A DNA stretch of 31,069 nt from a virus (IMGVR_UViG_3300044730_000145:1-31069); one strand, 5' to 3'. Shown: positions 8,995 through 17,984, counted from the stretch's first letter. A program made the numbers and translations. The notes: generated by a model from the sequence alone, not told the origin.

Positions 8995-9685
8995 ATGAAA
9001 AAATTTTGAAAAGATTGATGTTCGCAACGTCCGCGCCGTTTTGGCAAAGCATTGATAACAACACATAATTGTCAACCGACGCATTGAATGGAATGTTGAC
9101 AACCGCGCCCGTGGTGTAATCCGAAAACGCGGAATTTGAAAAGCTGGTCAAATTCGTTCCGTCGTAGCTGAAGTTCCGTTCAACCAATCCAAGAGAATTC
9201 ACCGCACCGCTATTCATGGTGAAGTTAGTGTTGAACCACGTCGCGCCCGTTAAGGTGTTTGCGGTGTTAAAATATATACGTCCATACATTTGACCAAGAT
9301 TCCCTGATTGACGAAACATCCTAAACACAACCTGAAGAATGTTGTTGTTTGTAAAGGTGTTCGCTGGAATTAAGACCGAGTGACAAACGGTGATTGTCGT
9401 TCCGCTTGTTGGTGTTCCAGTTTTTCCGCTGAACGCCAACAACCTTGGATTCGTTTGAATCGCAATGTCACCCGAACCAAGCAATGAAGTTGAATTGATT
9501 GTCTTGATGCTTTCGCCTGAAACAAGTGTTCGTTGCAATCCAGCTTGTGCGCTTTCAATTATTTCCGCACCCGTGATTGATTTCGATTCGTAATCGTCCG
9601 ACGTTTCTTCGGCAATCATTAACAAATCGGTGTCGGACAACGGCGCGTCCTTCGGTGTTAATTGGCTAATCTTAATTTGTCCCAT
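8987..9685 (-). CDS. Putative tail fibre / receptor-binding protein, 232 aa
   Basis: N-terminal KISQL and LVSGESIKTINSTSLLGSGDI motifs typical of Bacteroidota phage fibres; beta-rich C-terminus. Confidence 0.65.
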   Translation of the reverse strand: MGQIKISQLTPKDAPLSDTDLLMIAEETSDDYESKSITGAEIIESAQAGLQRTLVSGESIKTINSTSLLGSGDIAIQTNPRLLAFSGKTGTPTSGTTITVCHSVLIPANTFTNNNILQVVFRMFRQSGNLGQMYGRIYFNTANTLTGATWFNTNFTMNSGAVNSLGLVERNFSYDGTNLTSFSNSAFSDYTTGAVVNIPFNASVDNYVLLSMLCQNGADVANINLFKIFSYA

Positions 9686-9687
9686 AG

Positions 9688-12006
9688 TTATTGTTCTCGT
9701 ATTATTGTGTTGTTTTCTACTTCAGTTCTAATCGGTGAAGGTGTTGAACCTTCTTCGACGAATTCATCTTCTCGCGGTGTTCCTTCGCCTTGGATTAATC
9801 GCAACAATTCGATTTGCGTTGTGCGTTCTTTTGTTGAATCGTAATCGCTTATTTTTTGTAAACGATACACAACGCCATTGATGTTGATTAGGTTGCGGAA
9901 ATCAAGCGTGTTGATTATTGACGTGTCAATCTTCGCGTAACAAGTTAGTAACTTTCCGTAACGTGACACAAGTTCCTGAATAAAGGTGTTGTGATATTGA
10001 ATCAAGTTGTTGTTCGTGTACACCGTCGCTGGATAGTACACCGTTTGCGGAACACCGAAGTTTAAGTCGCTTGTCGGATTGTCGATGTCGTCAAGGTGTC
10101 CGACGTATGGATAGGTTGTCAAGTTGTTTTGTGTGTTGAATTCGTCGTGATATTTCCACGTTGCGCTTCGCATTGCGCCAACGTACACGATGAACGCGCT
10201 ACCTTTTTTCGGAACGACTTGACCATTTGCGTTCGCGTCAAAATTGACTTGATAAGAAGCCGGAATAATCAAATCTGGATGTCCTTCGACCAGTGGTTTT
10301 TGACTGAACGGCAAAGCCATTTTCGTGATTTGCGTGGCGTATTGTGATTGCGACAAGATTTGAAATTCACCGTAATTGTCAAGAAATTCGTTTTGATATT
10401 TAGTATTCCAATAGTCAGCGTCTTGTTTGAAGTTGAAATTGTATTCCTTCGATGCATAGTTGATTGTAGGTTGAACATTCAATTCTTGTGAATAGTCAAC
10501 CAATTGTGTCCAGTCAAGCGCGTCTTGTGACGACGTGTAAAATTCCGACAAAGGTTCGATTTCCAAAACGCTTGGATTGTCGGTCGCTGGTTTGACCATT
10601 AAATTGAACATCGTAATCAATCCCTTCAGGAACACGTCGCCAGTCATGTCAGGCAAAAACGAACCGATTGCCACCGTGCCACCGGGCAAAAGTTCTTGAA
10701 TCGTCTTCAGGAAATTCACTACCGTTCCCGACGAAGTCAGTTCAATCGTTCGTGTTAAGCTTGCAACGCCACCAAAAGAAACGGCATTTTGAATCACCAA
10801 GGTAACGCCGAATCGAATTTGGTCGTTGATTGCGCAATTTATTTGACGTGAGTAATTGAATGTAAATGTGTTTGAATAATCACCAATCACCGAAACAATG
10901 CTATCTTGATAAATCACATCGTTCGAAATGATTGTTCCGTTCTTAAAAATAAGAAGGTTCAAAGCAAATTTAAAACTGTTCGTTGTCGTTTGGTCGAACT
11001 TGACTTCAAGCTGGTGATTCCCTTTGTATTCAACCGTGTACATTCCAGTCGTTCCAGCATTGATAACAAACGGCGTTGTCGAAGTTGTTTGCGAAATCGG
11101 ATCACTGACCAAGGTCACATCGACCACGTCGGAAATGCTAACGTTTGAAAAAGATACCAAGCCACCACCTAAGTCATTTGCTTGATTTGAACCGTTCACG
11201 ATGAATCCTGAAGCGTTGTTTATTTCGGTTGAAAAAACGGAATCGTTTGTTTGTTGCGCTGGTGTTATTGTCGGAAAGTTACCCCCGAAATAAGCCATTA
11301 ATAATTTCTTGAATCTTTGACTTTCAAGGAAGTTCGACGACCAAGTGATTCCAGCGTATTCGAATAATTTCTTAAGGATTGTGTACACAAACACTTGTGG
11401 TGCGATTTCGTCACAATCGAATTTGTCTGGTGCAATGTGGTGTCGATAACCGTAATCAATCAAGCCGTAATAATAACCGACGCCGTCCCAATCAGTTCCC
11501 GTTTTGATTGATGTCGAAGCGCCGTTGATTTGATTGAATCCGTTCCACGTTTCGAACTGGTTCGCCTTCGTCAATGCGTGATTGAATTCCGTGAAGTCAA
11601 GTTCGTTTATCTTGACCTTGTTCATTCGTGAAATGTAGTCAATCGTATCGGACACCAAGGTCAAATCGAATGACCATGTTCCGTCTTTCAATTTACATTC
11701 CTGAAGTTGTGCGATTCCATTGAATTCAAGAATTCCATTGTTATAGTATCGCGCCGTTGCTTTGATTGACGGATCGAAGTCAAGAATCACCGAATTCGTT
11801 GTTGTCCTTTCGTCGCTGTACGTCAACAAGAATATCGAACGAAAGATTGCACTATTCGCATTCGTTCCGGGAACGGTGATTGTCTTCGACTTATTTCCTT
11901 TCCTTGCGGACACATCGCGGATGTCAGCAATGTTGAACGTCAACGGGAATGGCAACGATTGGTCGATGTCAATCAATCGATTATTTATGTATAGTTCGCC
12001 AGCCAT
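9688..12006 (-). CDS. Large tail tip / hub protein, 772 aa
   Basis: TFNIADIRDVSARKGNKSKTITVPGT N-terminus and ININGVVYRLQKISDYD C-terminus; tail-gene context. Confidence 0.65.
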   Translation of the reverse strand: MAGELYINNRLIDIDQSLPFPLTFNIADIRDVSARKGNKSKTITVPGTNANSAIFRSIFLLTYSDERTTTNSVILDFDPSIKATARYYNNGILEFNGIAQLQECKLKDGTWSFDLTLVSDTIDYISRMNKVKINELDFTEFNHALTKANQFETWNGFNQINGASTSIKTGTDWDGVGYYYGLIDYGYRHHIAPDKFDCDEIAPQVFVYTILKKLFEYAGITWSSNFLESQRFKKLLMAYFGGNFPTITPAQQTNDSVFSTEINNASGFIVNGSNQANDLGGGLVSFSNVSISDVVDVTLVSDPISQTTSTTPFVINAGTTGMYTVEYKGNHQLEVKFDQTTTNSFKFALNLLIFKNGTIISNDVIYQDSIVSVIGDYSNTFTFNYSRQINCAINDQIRFGVTLVIQNAVSFGGVASLTRTIELTSSGTVVNFLKTIQELLPGGTVAIGSFLPDMTGDVFLKGLITMFNLMVKPATDNPSVLEIEPLSEFYTSSQDALDWTQLVDYSQELNVQPTINYASKEYNFNFKQDADYWNTKYQNEFLDNYGEFQILSQSQYATQITKMALPFSQKPLVEGHPDLIIPASYQVNFDANANGQVVPKKGSAFIVYVGAMRSATWKYHDEFNTQNNLTTYPYVGHLDDIDNPTSDLNFGVPQTVYYPATVYTNNNLIQYHNTFIQELVSRYGKLLTCYAKIDTSIINTLDFRNLININGVVYRLQKISDYDSTKERTTQIELLRLIQGEGTPREDEFVEEGSTPSPIRTEVENNTIIREQ

Positions 12007-13229
12007 TACGTCAATTGCGAATTGTAGGTATACGTTCTTTCAAGGTTCACGACTTCACGAATCAACCCGTCGACGCGTCGTTGCTTCAAGGTGTAATCTT
12101 CAGTCGTTACCTTTACTGGTTCGAACGCGCCCGGTGTGACTTCAAGGTAAACCTTCGGTGATTCGTACAAATCACGAACCAACCATTGTTGCACGCTTTC
12201 TGGAATCCAGTCGGAATTCAAAACGGTTGTGTCGGTTGCGTATTTGTTGAACGCCATTTGTTCACCGTGGTATCGTGTATATTGCCACGTCGTTCCAGTG
12301 TTGTCCCATTCACCGCGTTCCCTTTGATATTCCGATGTTTTCACCTTGGTTGAATTCGTTGACACAAGCGTGAAGGTAAATGAATCCCAACCACCAAGCT
12401 TGTTCAACCAATGAAGTCGGTGCGTGTCGTATCGGTGACATTCGGTGTCGATCCAAAATGTAAACAATTCCGAATACCCTGAAAAGATTCCGAACGTTTC
12501 TGGTCCTGCTTTCGCTCGGATTGTATAGTAAGCGCTTGACTGGAAATCAACCAACGTGACGGATGTGTTCGCAATTAAGTTTTGCGGTGCGCAATCAATC
12601 ACACCAATGTTGAAAGCCAATGTGACTGGAACGGTGTCCGTCGCAATCAATGTATTTGTAATGTCGTAAAGATTCACTTCAATGTCGGTCACAGCTGAAC
12701 CACCACGATTCAAAAAAGTAAGGAACGCGGATTCGTAAAGTCCGACGAAATACTTTCGTGTTCGTGGAAAGTCCGTCAAGAATAAAACGTTCCCTGAATT
12801 CGGATTCAATCTTGAAATGGCGTAATCATTGTAATCGAAATTAATGAAGTCAGGATGTCGAAGTGAAGAATTCCAAGCACGACTAACCGTCGCCGAAATA
12901 CTCGATGTCGAAATGACTGGTGGTGTTCCGTATTTTTCGTAAATCTTGATATTCACGAACGCAATCGCCGTATCGTAAAACGTAAGCAACGCGCCAGTCG
13001 TCACCATTTCGCTTGTGAGTAACGCACGCAATTCACCGCTTGCGTCGAACTTCGCATAGTTCGCGGATTCGTTGAACACTTGGTGTGTCGATACCAGAAC
13101 AAAGTTGACGTAAAGTTCAACAATGAAGCTGAAGTTCGGTTGCGCGGTTTGGTCGCTTTCAAATACCCACACGTAAGGATTGCACGCTGGTTGAAATAAT
13201 TGCGGTTGTTGTGTTATACTTACTGCCAT
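12006..13229 (-). CDS. Tail structural protein (distal-tail-like), 407 aa
   Basis: WLNKLGGWDSFTF and LYESPKVY motifs; coupled to the hub gene. Confidence 0.6.
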   Translation of the reverse strand: MAVSITQQPQLFQPACNPYVWVFESDQTAQPNFSFIVELYVNFVLVSTHQVFNESANYAKFDASGELRALLTSEMVTTGALLTFYDTAIAFVNIKIYEKYGTPPVISTSSISATVSRAWNSSLRHPDFINFDYNDYAISRLNPNSGNVLFLTDFPRTRKYFVGLYESAFLTFLNRGGSAVTDIEVNLYDITNTLIATDTVPVTLAFNIGVIDCAPQNLIANTSVTLVDFQSSAYYTIRAKAGPETFGIFSGYSELFTFWIDTECHRYDTHRLHWLNKLGGWDSFTFTLVSTNSTKVKTSEYQRERGEWDNTGTTWQYTRYHGEQMAFNKYATDTTVLNSDWIPESVQQWLVRDLYESPKVYLEVTPGAFEPVKVTTEDYTLKQRRVDGLIREVVNLERTYTYNSQLT

Positions 13230-13741
13230 GATTGTGTTGCCTTTTCAAATTTAATTTCAAACGTCAATCCAGTGATTTCGGTCAAGTCCTTCGCAATCAT
13301 TTCAAGAACGTCGTCGTTGATGACATTGTCGGTGATATTCTTCGGTCGAAGTCCACGTTGTTTGATGTTCGTGGCGATTGCGTAGGCGTGTGACATTTCA
13401 AGTCCTTTCCATTCCTGAATCGCCTTCGCCATGTTATAAGAAACACCCGGATATTGAAATGAAAAAGCGCTTGCATGATTGACCGCGATTCCGTTCACAC
13501 CTTGGTCGACAAATTTATAATAGTCGTCCGCTTGAATTTCAAACGACAACGCGCCCGTCGGAAAGTACACAACCGATTGCGCAAGCGCACCCGTGTTCAT
13601 CGCGTTGTTTTGAATGTATTCACGAAGGTCAGCGGTTACTTTGTTGCCGACGTTTAGAATGAATTTTTCGTAAACGCTTTGCGGTTGTTCAGCTTCGGCA
13701 ACCGACACCCCGAAATCTTCAAGGAAATCAAAGTCAGCCAT
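13220..13741 (-). CDS. Putative neck / tail completion protein (HK97 gp10-like), 173 aa
   Basis: NTGALAQS, YYKFVDQG and AIATNIKQRGLRP motifs. Confidence 0.55.
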   Translation of the reverse strand: MADFDFLEDFGVSVAEAEQPQSVYEKFILNVGNKVTADLREYIQNNAMNTGALAQSVVYFPTGALSFEIQADDYYKFVDQGVNGIAVNHASAFSFQYPGVSYNMAKAIQEWKGLEMSHAYAIATNIKQRGLRPKNITDNVINDDVLEMIAKDLTEITGLTFEIKFEKATQSWQ

Positions 13742-14515
13742 TGCGTTGTTTACTTAATATGTAATCTTGTTCGTCTTTCAATTTAAGATAGTTCATCCAG
13801 AATAAAGTTTTCACGTAAGGTTGTTTAGTGATTGCGTCAATACTCGTTCCAAGTTCTTGTCCAAGTCGCTGAAGGATTCTTGTCCATGTGAACCATTCGG
13901 TGTCTTTAGATTCGCCATCGCGTTCCGTTGATTCGTCATCGTCCGTATCGTCTGGATTGCTAATATAGCGTCGCTCCGCTTCACTGATTCGCGCAAAAAA
14001 AAACCAAAGAAATTCATGAATTCAGCGCCGTCGAATTGTTCCTTGAAAGCTTTGTAACGCTTGTCGTTAGGATTCAACACGCGACCACGGTCATCTTCTT
14101 GACAATACTCCATGCCTTCTTCGACATAGCAAATCGCAAGCGCCTGAACTGGATCACTCACAAGGTCTTCAATCAATTTCAAGTCAATGATTTGCCCGGT
14201 GGAAATCAAACGGAAATCTTTTTCAAAGACGTATCGTTGACCGTTCACCGTTACTTCACCAAGCGGTTCGGCGTAATTGTAATTCGCAATCATTCGCGTC
14301 AAGTGACCAGACAAACGTTGAACGTCTTCGATTGCAAGTTGCTTGACCTTGTTCACCTTCATTCCTGAAAAGATTGAAATAAGCTGACATTGAAAGTCAA
14401 GCATCTGGAAGAATTCATCGTTTTGCTTTTCCTTGATGACTTCAGCAAGCATCAACCATTTGACAAGCTGGTCAGGTTTGCATTCGTGAATGGACGCTGG
14501 TAGTTTAATTTTCAT
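13734..14515 (-). CDS. Tail assembly chaperone, frameshifted GT form (about 260 aa, -1 shift at 13995-14003)
   Basis: The -1 frame after GGT TTT TTT TTG is open (ARISEAERRY...WFTWTRILQRLGQELGTSIDAITKQPYVKTLFWMNYLKLKDEQ...NG*) and its stop overlaps the next gene's start. Confidence 0.7.
13755..13773 (-). promoter_or_regulatory. Putative phage late promoter, copy 3 (CGAACAAGATTACATATTA)
   Basis: 19-bp motif, 13 nt upstream of ATG 13741. Confidence 0.7.
13811..14515 (-). CDS. Tail assembly chaperone, unshifted G form, 234 aa
   Basis: Start MKIKLPASIHE overlaps the terminase stop (ATGA); contains the T9 slippery run. Confidence 0.7.
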   Translation of the reverse strand: MKIKLPASIHECKPDQLVKWLMLAEVIKEKQNDEFFQMLDFQCQLISIFSGMKVNKVKQLAIEDVQRLSGHLTRMIANYNYAEPLGEVTVNGQRYVFEKDFRLISTGQIIDLKLIEDLVSDPVQALAICYVEEGMEYCQEDDRGRVLNPNDKRYKAFKEQFDGAEFMNFFGFFLRESVKRSDAILAIQTIRTMTNQRNAMANLKTPNGSHGQESFSDLDKNLERVLTQSLNNLT

Positions 14516-15714
14516 ATTCGTAATGTGTTGTATTTCCCTTTTGACTTGTTGTTCTTCATGGAATTCCACGCAAGCGCCAGTGACATGACGCCGTCGTCGT
14601 GTAGTCCAGTCGGTGCGCTATATTGAACGTTCCTTGTTTTCGGATTGTAAATATAGGTAAAACTTTCAAGTTCGTCAAGCAACCATTTCACATCGTTCAC
14701 ACGAATCGTTTGCTGTTCGAACGAAAGCGCAAGGTCTTCAATCAAGATAGGTTTCGACTTCGATGTCGTCACGAATGGAACGACCTTGTTGCGTAATGTG
14801 TTTTGAAGCATTTCGAAGAACACGTCGCCTTGGTTGTTAACTTCGACCGTGGTGATTGCGTTGAAGCTTCGAATCAAGTTCGCTACCTTGTCAATGATTC
14901 GCGACCAGTCATCGTGGCGCCAGCGTTCAACATGAACCATGTGACCATGTTCGTTCAGGATAGTCAACACCGTGTAATCGTCAGCGCGACCGATGTCAAG
15001 ACCGCCATACATTCGCGATGTGCGTTCACCTTGACCGATACACGACGACACACCTTTGAACAAGCCACCAGCGTTGTCAAGGAATTCCGCAAGGTATTCT
15101 TGTCGGAACACGTGGTCAGGCAATGACCGCTTTCGTTCTTCAAGTTCCTTCGGATCAATCATGGGATTGTCGAAGCTGGTGAAATGAAAGTAACGGTATC
15201 GGTCGTCATAATTTTGCTGAAGACACACCCGATGAAAATGATTCTTTCCCTTCGGTGTTGAAATAAAGATGACCTTCTTTCCTTTGACAAGCACCGTTGC
15301 GGACAATACTTCATCCCAAAGTTCAGGACGTGTAAACGCGAATTCATCAACGACCATGTAATCGAATGTATTTCCACGAATGTTGTCTGGTCGTTCACCT
15401 GAAAAGAATTCAATCGATGAACCGAACCCGGTGATTCTCAAATCGGATTTGTTGAACTCAAAGAAACCCGACTTCGCCACGGCGCGTTCAAGTTCAGCGA
15501 ACACCTTCTTTCCTTGCTTGTAAACTGGTGTCACCCATGCAATCGTGCAACCGCGGTCATTAATCGCCCACCAAAGAAGCTGATTGATTCCAAGCATTGT
15601 TTTTCCGAACTGACGTCCGATGTTCAAAGCGAAATACTTTTCGTTGCCTTGGTTGATTGCTTGATGAATTTCAAGCTGGTGTTTGTGCGGTCGGTAACCT
15701 TTAATCGTTGACAT
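14512..15714 (-). CDS. terL: Terminase large subunit, 400 aa
   Basis: Walker A GRQFGKT, Walker B YMVVDE, ISTP coupling motif, nuclease motifs GLDIGRADD and HDDGVMSLAL; likely start MSTIKGY. Confidence 0.93.
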   Translation of the reverse strand: MSTIKGYRPHKHQLEIHQAINQGNEKYFALNIGRQFGKTMLGINQLLWWAINDRGCTIAWVTPVYKQGKKVFAELERAVAKSGFFEFNKSDLRITGFGSSIEFFSGERPDNIRGNTFDYMVVDEFAFTRPELWDEVLSATVLVKGKKVIFISTPKGKNHFHRVCLQQNYDDRYRYFHFTSFDNPMIDPKELEERKRSLPDHVFRQEYLAEFLDNAGGLFKGVSSCIGQGERTSRMYGGLDIGRADDYTVLTILNEHGHMVHVERWRHDDWSRIIDKVANLIRSFNAITTVEVNNQGDVFFEMLQNTLRNKVVPFVTTSKSKPILIEDLALSFEQQTIRVNDVKWLLDELESFTYIYNPKTRNVQYSAPTGLHDDGVMSLALAWNSMKNNKSKGKYNTLRI

Positions 15715-16108
15715 CGAAATCGAACTTGTCCACGGTGCGCGTTTCGACTTGTTGTCGGTCGTGCATTCCAAGTTTGTTCTTTGCGTAGAAAATTCCCTTG
15801 CCTTCGTTGGCCACGATGTCACGCGCTAAAGCATTGAAGTCGTTGTCAATTGTTTTTATAGTGTCGGACAATGGATGTGTTTCGTCCTTCATCGCATGAT
15901 ACCAGTTGTCCCGTTTATAAAAGTCAAAGTGTTCCCTTCGAAGCCAGTGTAACAAGAAATAAGACACCGTTGGAATGTGACGTTCCTTCACTTGCTTCAC
16001 GCCTGAATTCGTCGCGATTTCCTTAGTTGATGCGATACAGTAGTCGCAATAATTATAAGCCATTTGAAGCAATTCATCTTTGTCGATGTTGCGGTGTTTG
16101 TTTGCCAT
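15701..16108 (-). CDS. Putative terminase small subunit, 135 aa
   Basis: Directly upstream of and overlapping terL; IFYAKNKLGMHDRQQV resembles TerS C-terminal motifs. Confidence 0.7.
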   Translation of the reverse strand: MANKHRNIDKDELLQMAYNYCDYCIASTKEIATNSGVKQVKERHIPTVSYFLLHWLRREHFDFYKRDNWYHAMKDETHPLSDTIKTIDNDFNALARDIVANEGKGIFYAKNKLGMHDRQQVETRTVDKFDFDVND

Positions 16109-16126
16109 AAGATATAAGTTCCCCCT

Positions 16127-16145
16127 TATTATGTTTACTTGTTCG
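16127..16145 (-). promoter_or_regulatory. Putative phage late promoter, copy 4 (CGAACAAGTAAACATAATA)
   Basis: 19-bp motif, 18 nt upstream of the terS ATG. Confidence 0.7.
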
Positions 16146-16764
16146 GAATTCGTTCCAGTCCCTTGAATTTATTAAACGGATTCATTCCTTTCCCGTCTTT
16201 GATGTCAACCAACAAAAGACCGTTTTCCTTCAGCGATGTGATATGTACTTTTCCTTTCGCTTGTTGAACTCGATTCCATGAAATCTTGTCAAGTCCACGA
16301 TCCCTTGCCACGTCGAAAAGATTCCATTTCAAGCATTCAAGGAATTTTCTTGAATAAACTTTCCCAGCGCCACACGGTTCACCGCGTCGGTTGTTCGTGT
16401 AACCGGACCAGTAATGAAGCGCGCCGTCGTTTTGAAAGTAAATGTCTTTGAAGCCAATCATGTCGAAGTCAGGAATTGTTCGTTCAGCGTACTTCAGGAA
16501 CGCTTCGTCAATGTAGTCGTCCGAACCTAAAATAATAACGGCGTCGAAGTCGATTTGTTCCAGCGTTCGAATTGCCATGTTCCATTTGTAGGAAAGCGGA
16601 TTGTTTTGGTATTTCGCCATTGCTAAGATGTCTTGACCTTCAAGAAACACGCCGTCTTCGTCGTTTGAGTAAATGAATACCTTGTCGATGAACGGCATTC
16701 GATTAATACATTCCTGAACGGTGTCATGTCGTCCATGCATTGCGGTGATTGTTATTATTTTCAT
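16135..16764 (-). CDS. GT-A fold (GT2-like) glycosyltransferase, 209 aa
   Basis: MKIITITAMHGR start, LSYKWN, DAVIILGSDD (DxD-equivalent) and GAGKVYS; ATGA-coupled start at 16764. Confidence 0.7.
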   Translation of the reverse strand: MKIITITAMHGRHDTVQECINRMPFIDKVFIYSNDEDGVFLEGQDILAMAKYQNNPLSYKWNMAIRTLEQIDFDAVIILGSDDYIDEAFLKYAERTIPDFDMIGFKDIYFQNDGALHYWSGYTNNRRGEPCGAGKVYSRKFLECLKWNLFDVARDRGLDKISWNRVQQAKGKVHITSLKENGLLLVDIKDGKGMNPFNKFKGLERIPNK

Positions 16765-17159
16765 AGGTTGTTGTTTCGTAGCTGTTTCGTGGATGTCAAC
16801 CATTGTTCAATGTCTTGTCGTGTTGTTGTTCGTGTTCCCTTGAATCCAAGTTCAATCGCTTCGCGTCGAAGTTCGCCGAACGTCTTTTGTTTCGTTCCGA
16901 CAAAGTGAAGCTTCGGCGGTTGTTCCTTCATGTGCAATTGATTGTTTTGTTCACGCACCGCTGGACGAATCTTGTCCTTGTTTTCGTTCAGCTTGTCCAT
17001 TGCGATTCTTACACACGTTGCGCAAGCTTTGTTCAGTTTACCGAATCCGAGCGCTTTGTAATGAACGGAAAGTTCATCTTTCAAGGTGTCGTCCAGATTC
17101 GCGTATCGGTGACGACCGAAGTTTTCAAGCTGGTGGCGAAGTCCGTTACTTATATTCAT
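16761..17159 (-). CDS. Hypothetical protein with CxxC and a C-terminal helix-extended-helix-like module, 132 aa
   Basis: ACATCV; FGELRREAIELGFKGTRTTTRQDIEQWL. Confidence 0.6.
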   Translation of the reverse strand: MNISNGLRHQLENFGRHRYANLDDTLKDELSVHYKALGFGKLNKACATCVRIAMDKLNENKDKIRPAVREQNNQLHMKEQPPKLHFVGTKQKTFGELRREAIELGFKGTRTTTRQDIEQWLTSTKQLRNNNL

Positions 17160-17349
17160 ATATCAAAATTAAATCGGAAATAAGATAGGCAACGAAGGCG
17201 AATGGAATCATTGACCAATCGGTGCATAGATAAATCGCCAGCGCCGTCCAGAAGGACAAGCATGACTGACAATTGAATGGTTTGGTGTTCGGCAAATCAA
17301 AGGACATTAACGCCCTTGCAATCGCCACCGCTATAATCGTGTAAATCAT
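17146..17349 (-). CDS. Small membrane protein with a CxxC motif, 67 aa
   Basis: Hydrophobic; KPFNCQSCLSFW. Confidence 0.65.
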   Translation of the reverse strand: MIYTIIAVAIARALMSFDLPNTKPFNCQSCLSFWTALAIYLCTDWSMIPFAFVAYLISDLILIYEYK

Positions 17350-17770
17350 TTTTAAATTGTTTTATTGTTTTGTGAATCGTGTCAAGTGAAATTCCCGTCA
17401 GTTCTTTAATGTCCCTGAAGGTCATTCCGCAAAGGTGCATTTTTGTGATTTCCTTGATGAATGGATCACCATGGTTCGAATGAAGATAATTGTCAAGCAT
17501 TTCGCTGAATTCATTGTTCGAAGGTGAATCGTGTGAATCAATTACGTCGTTGATTGCTTCGCCGTCGCTTCGGTAGAGTCGCCAGAATTCCGACCTTTGC
17601 CAGTTCCATTGATTATAAGCGAAGCGAGCGAAAACAGCTGGAATGTCGGAAAGATGAAAGTCAAATCGGTGCATGAGAATAAACACATGACCAACCAAAT
17701 CTGCATGAAGTTCGTGGTTCGAAGTAATTTTCCGAGTGATTTGATATGCTTCATCTTTCCAGAATTCCAT
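17297..17770 (-). CDS. Phage-encoded ECF-like sigma factor / late regulator, 157 aa
   Basis: Region 2-like AYQITRKITSNHELHADLVGHVFI and region 4-like HTH GMTFRDIKELTGISLDTIHKTIK; located at the early/late boundary. Confidence 0.65.
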   Translation of the reverse strand: MEFWKDEAYQITRKITSNHELHADLVGHVFILMHRFDFHLSDIPAVFARFAYNQWNWQRSEFWRLYRSDGEAINDVIDSHDSPSNNEFSEMLDNYLHSNHGDPFIKEITKMHLCGMTFRDIKELTGISLDTIHKTIKQFKNDLHDYSGGDCKGVNVL

Positions 17771-17774
17771 GTGA

Positions 17775-17984
17775 CTAAATTACAAAAAAATTAAACCAAG
17801 CGACAAAAAATTCTTGTCCGACTGGTTTTCCCTTCATGAAACGATACAGCATCGAGTAATTGACCTTCATATCTTCGGACAAGTGTTTCATGTTATAACG
17901 CTTGTTCAGTTTCGAAGTTGTCATGATTCGCATCCAGTCAACAACGTTCTTGTCGTTAGAAAGGTAAATCGTCATCGTCTTCAT
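17775..17984 (-). CDS. Cro/XRE-like HTH protein, about 69 aa
   Basis: NMKHLSEDMKVNYSMLYRFMKGK; start uncertain (17984 or 17975). Confidence 0.6.
   Translation of the reverse strand: MKTMTIYLSNDKNVVDWMRIMTTSKLNKRYNMKHLSEDMKVNYSMLYRFMKGKPVGQEFFVAWFNFFVI

Noticed and set aside
8987-9685. Diversity-generating retroelement or invertible switch at the fibre gene
   Set aside because: No reverse transcriptase, recombinase or template repeat was seen.
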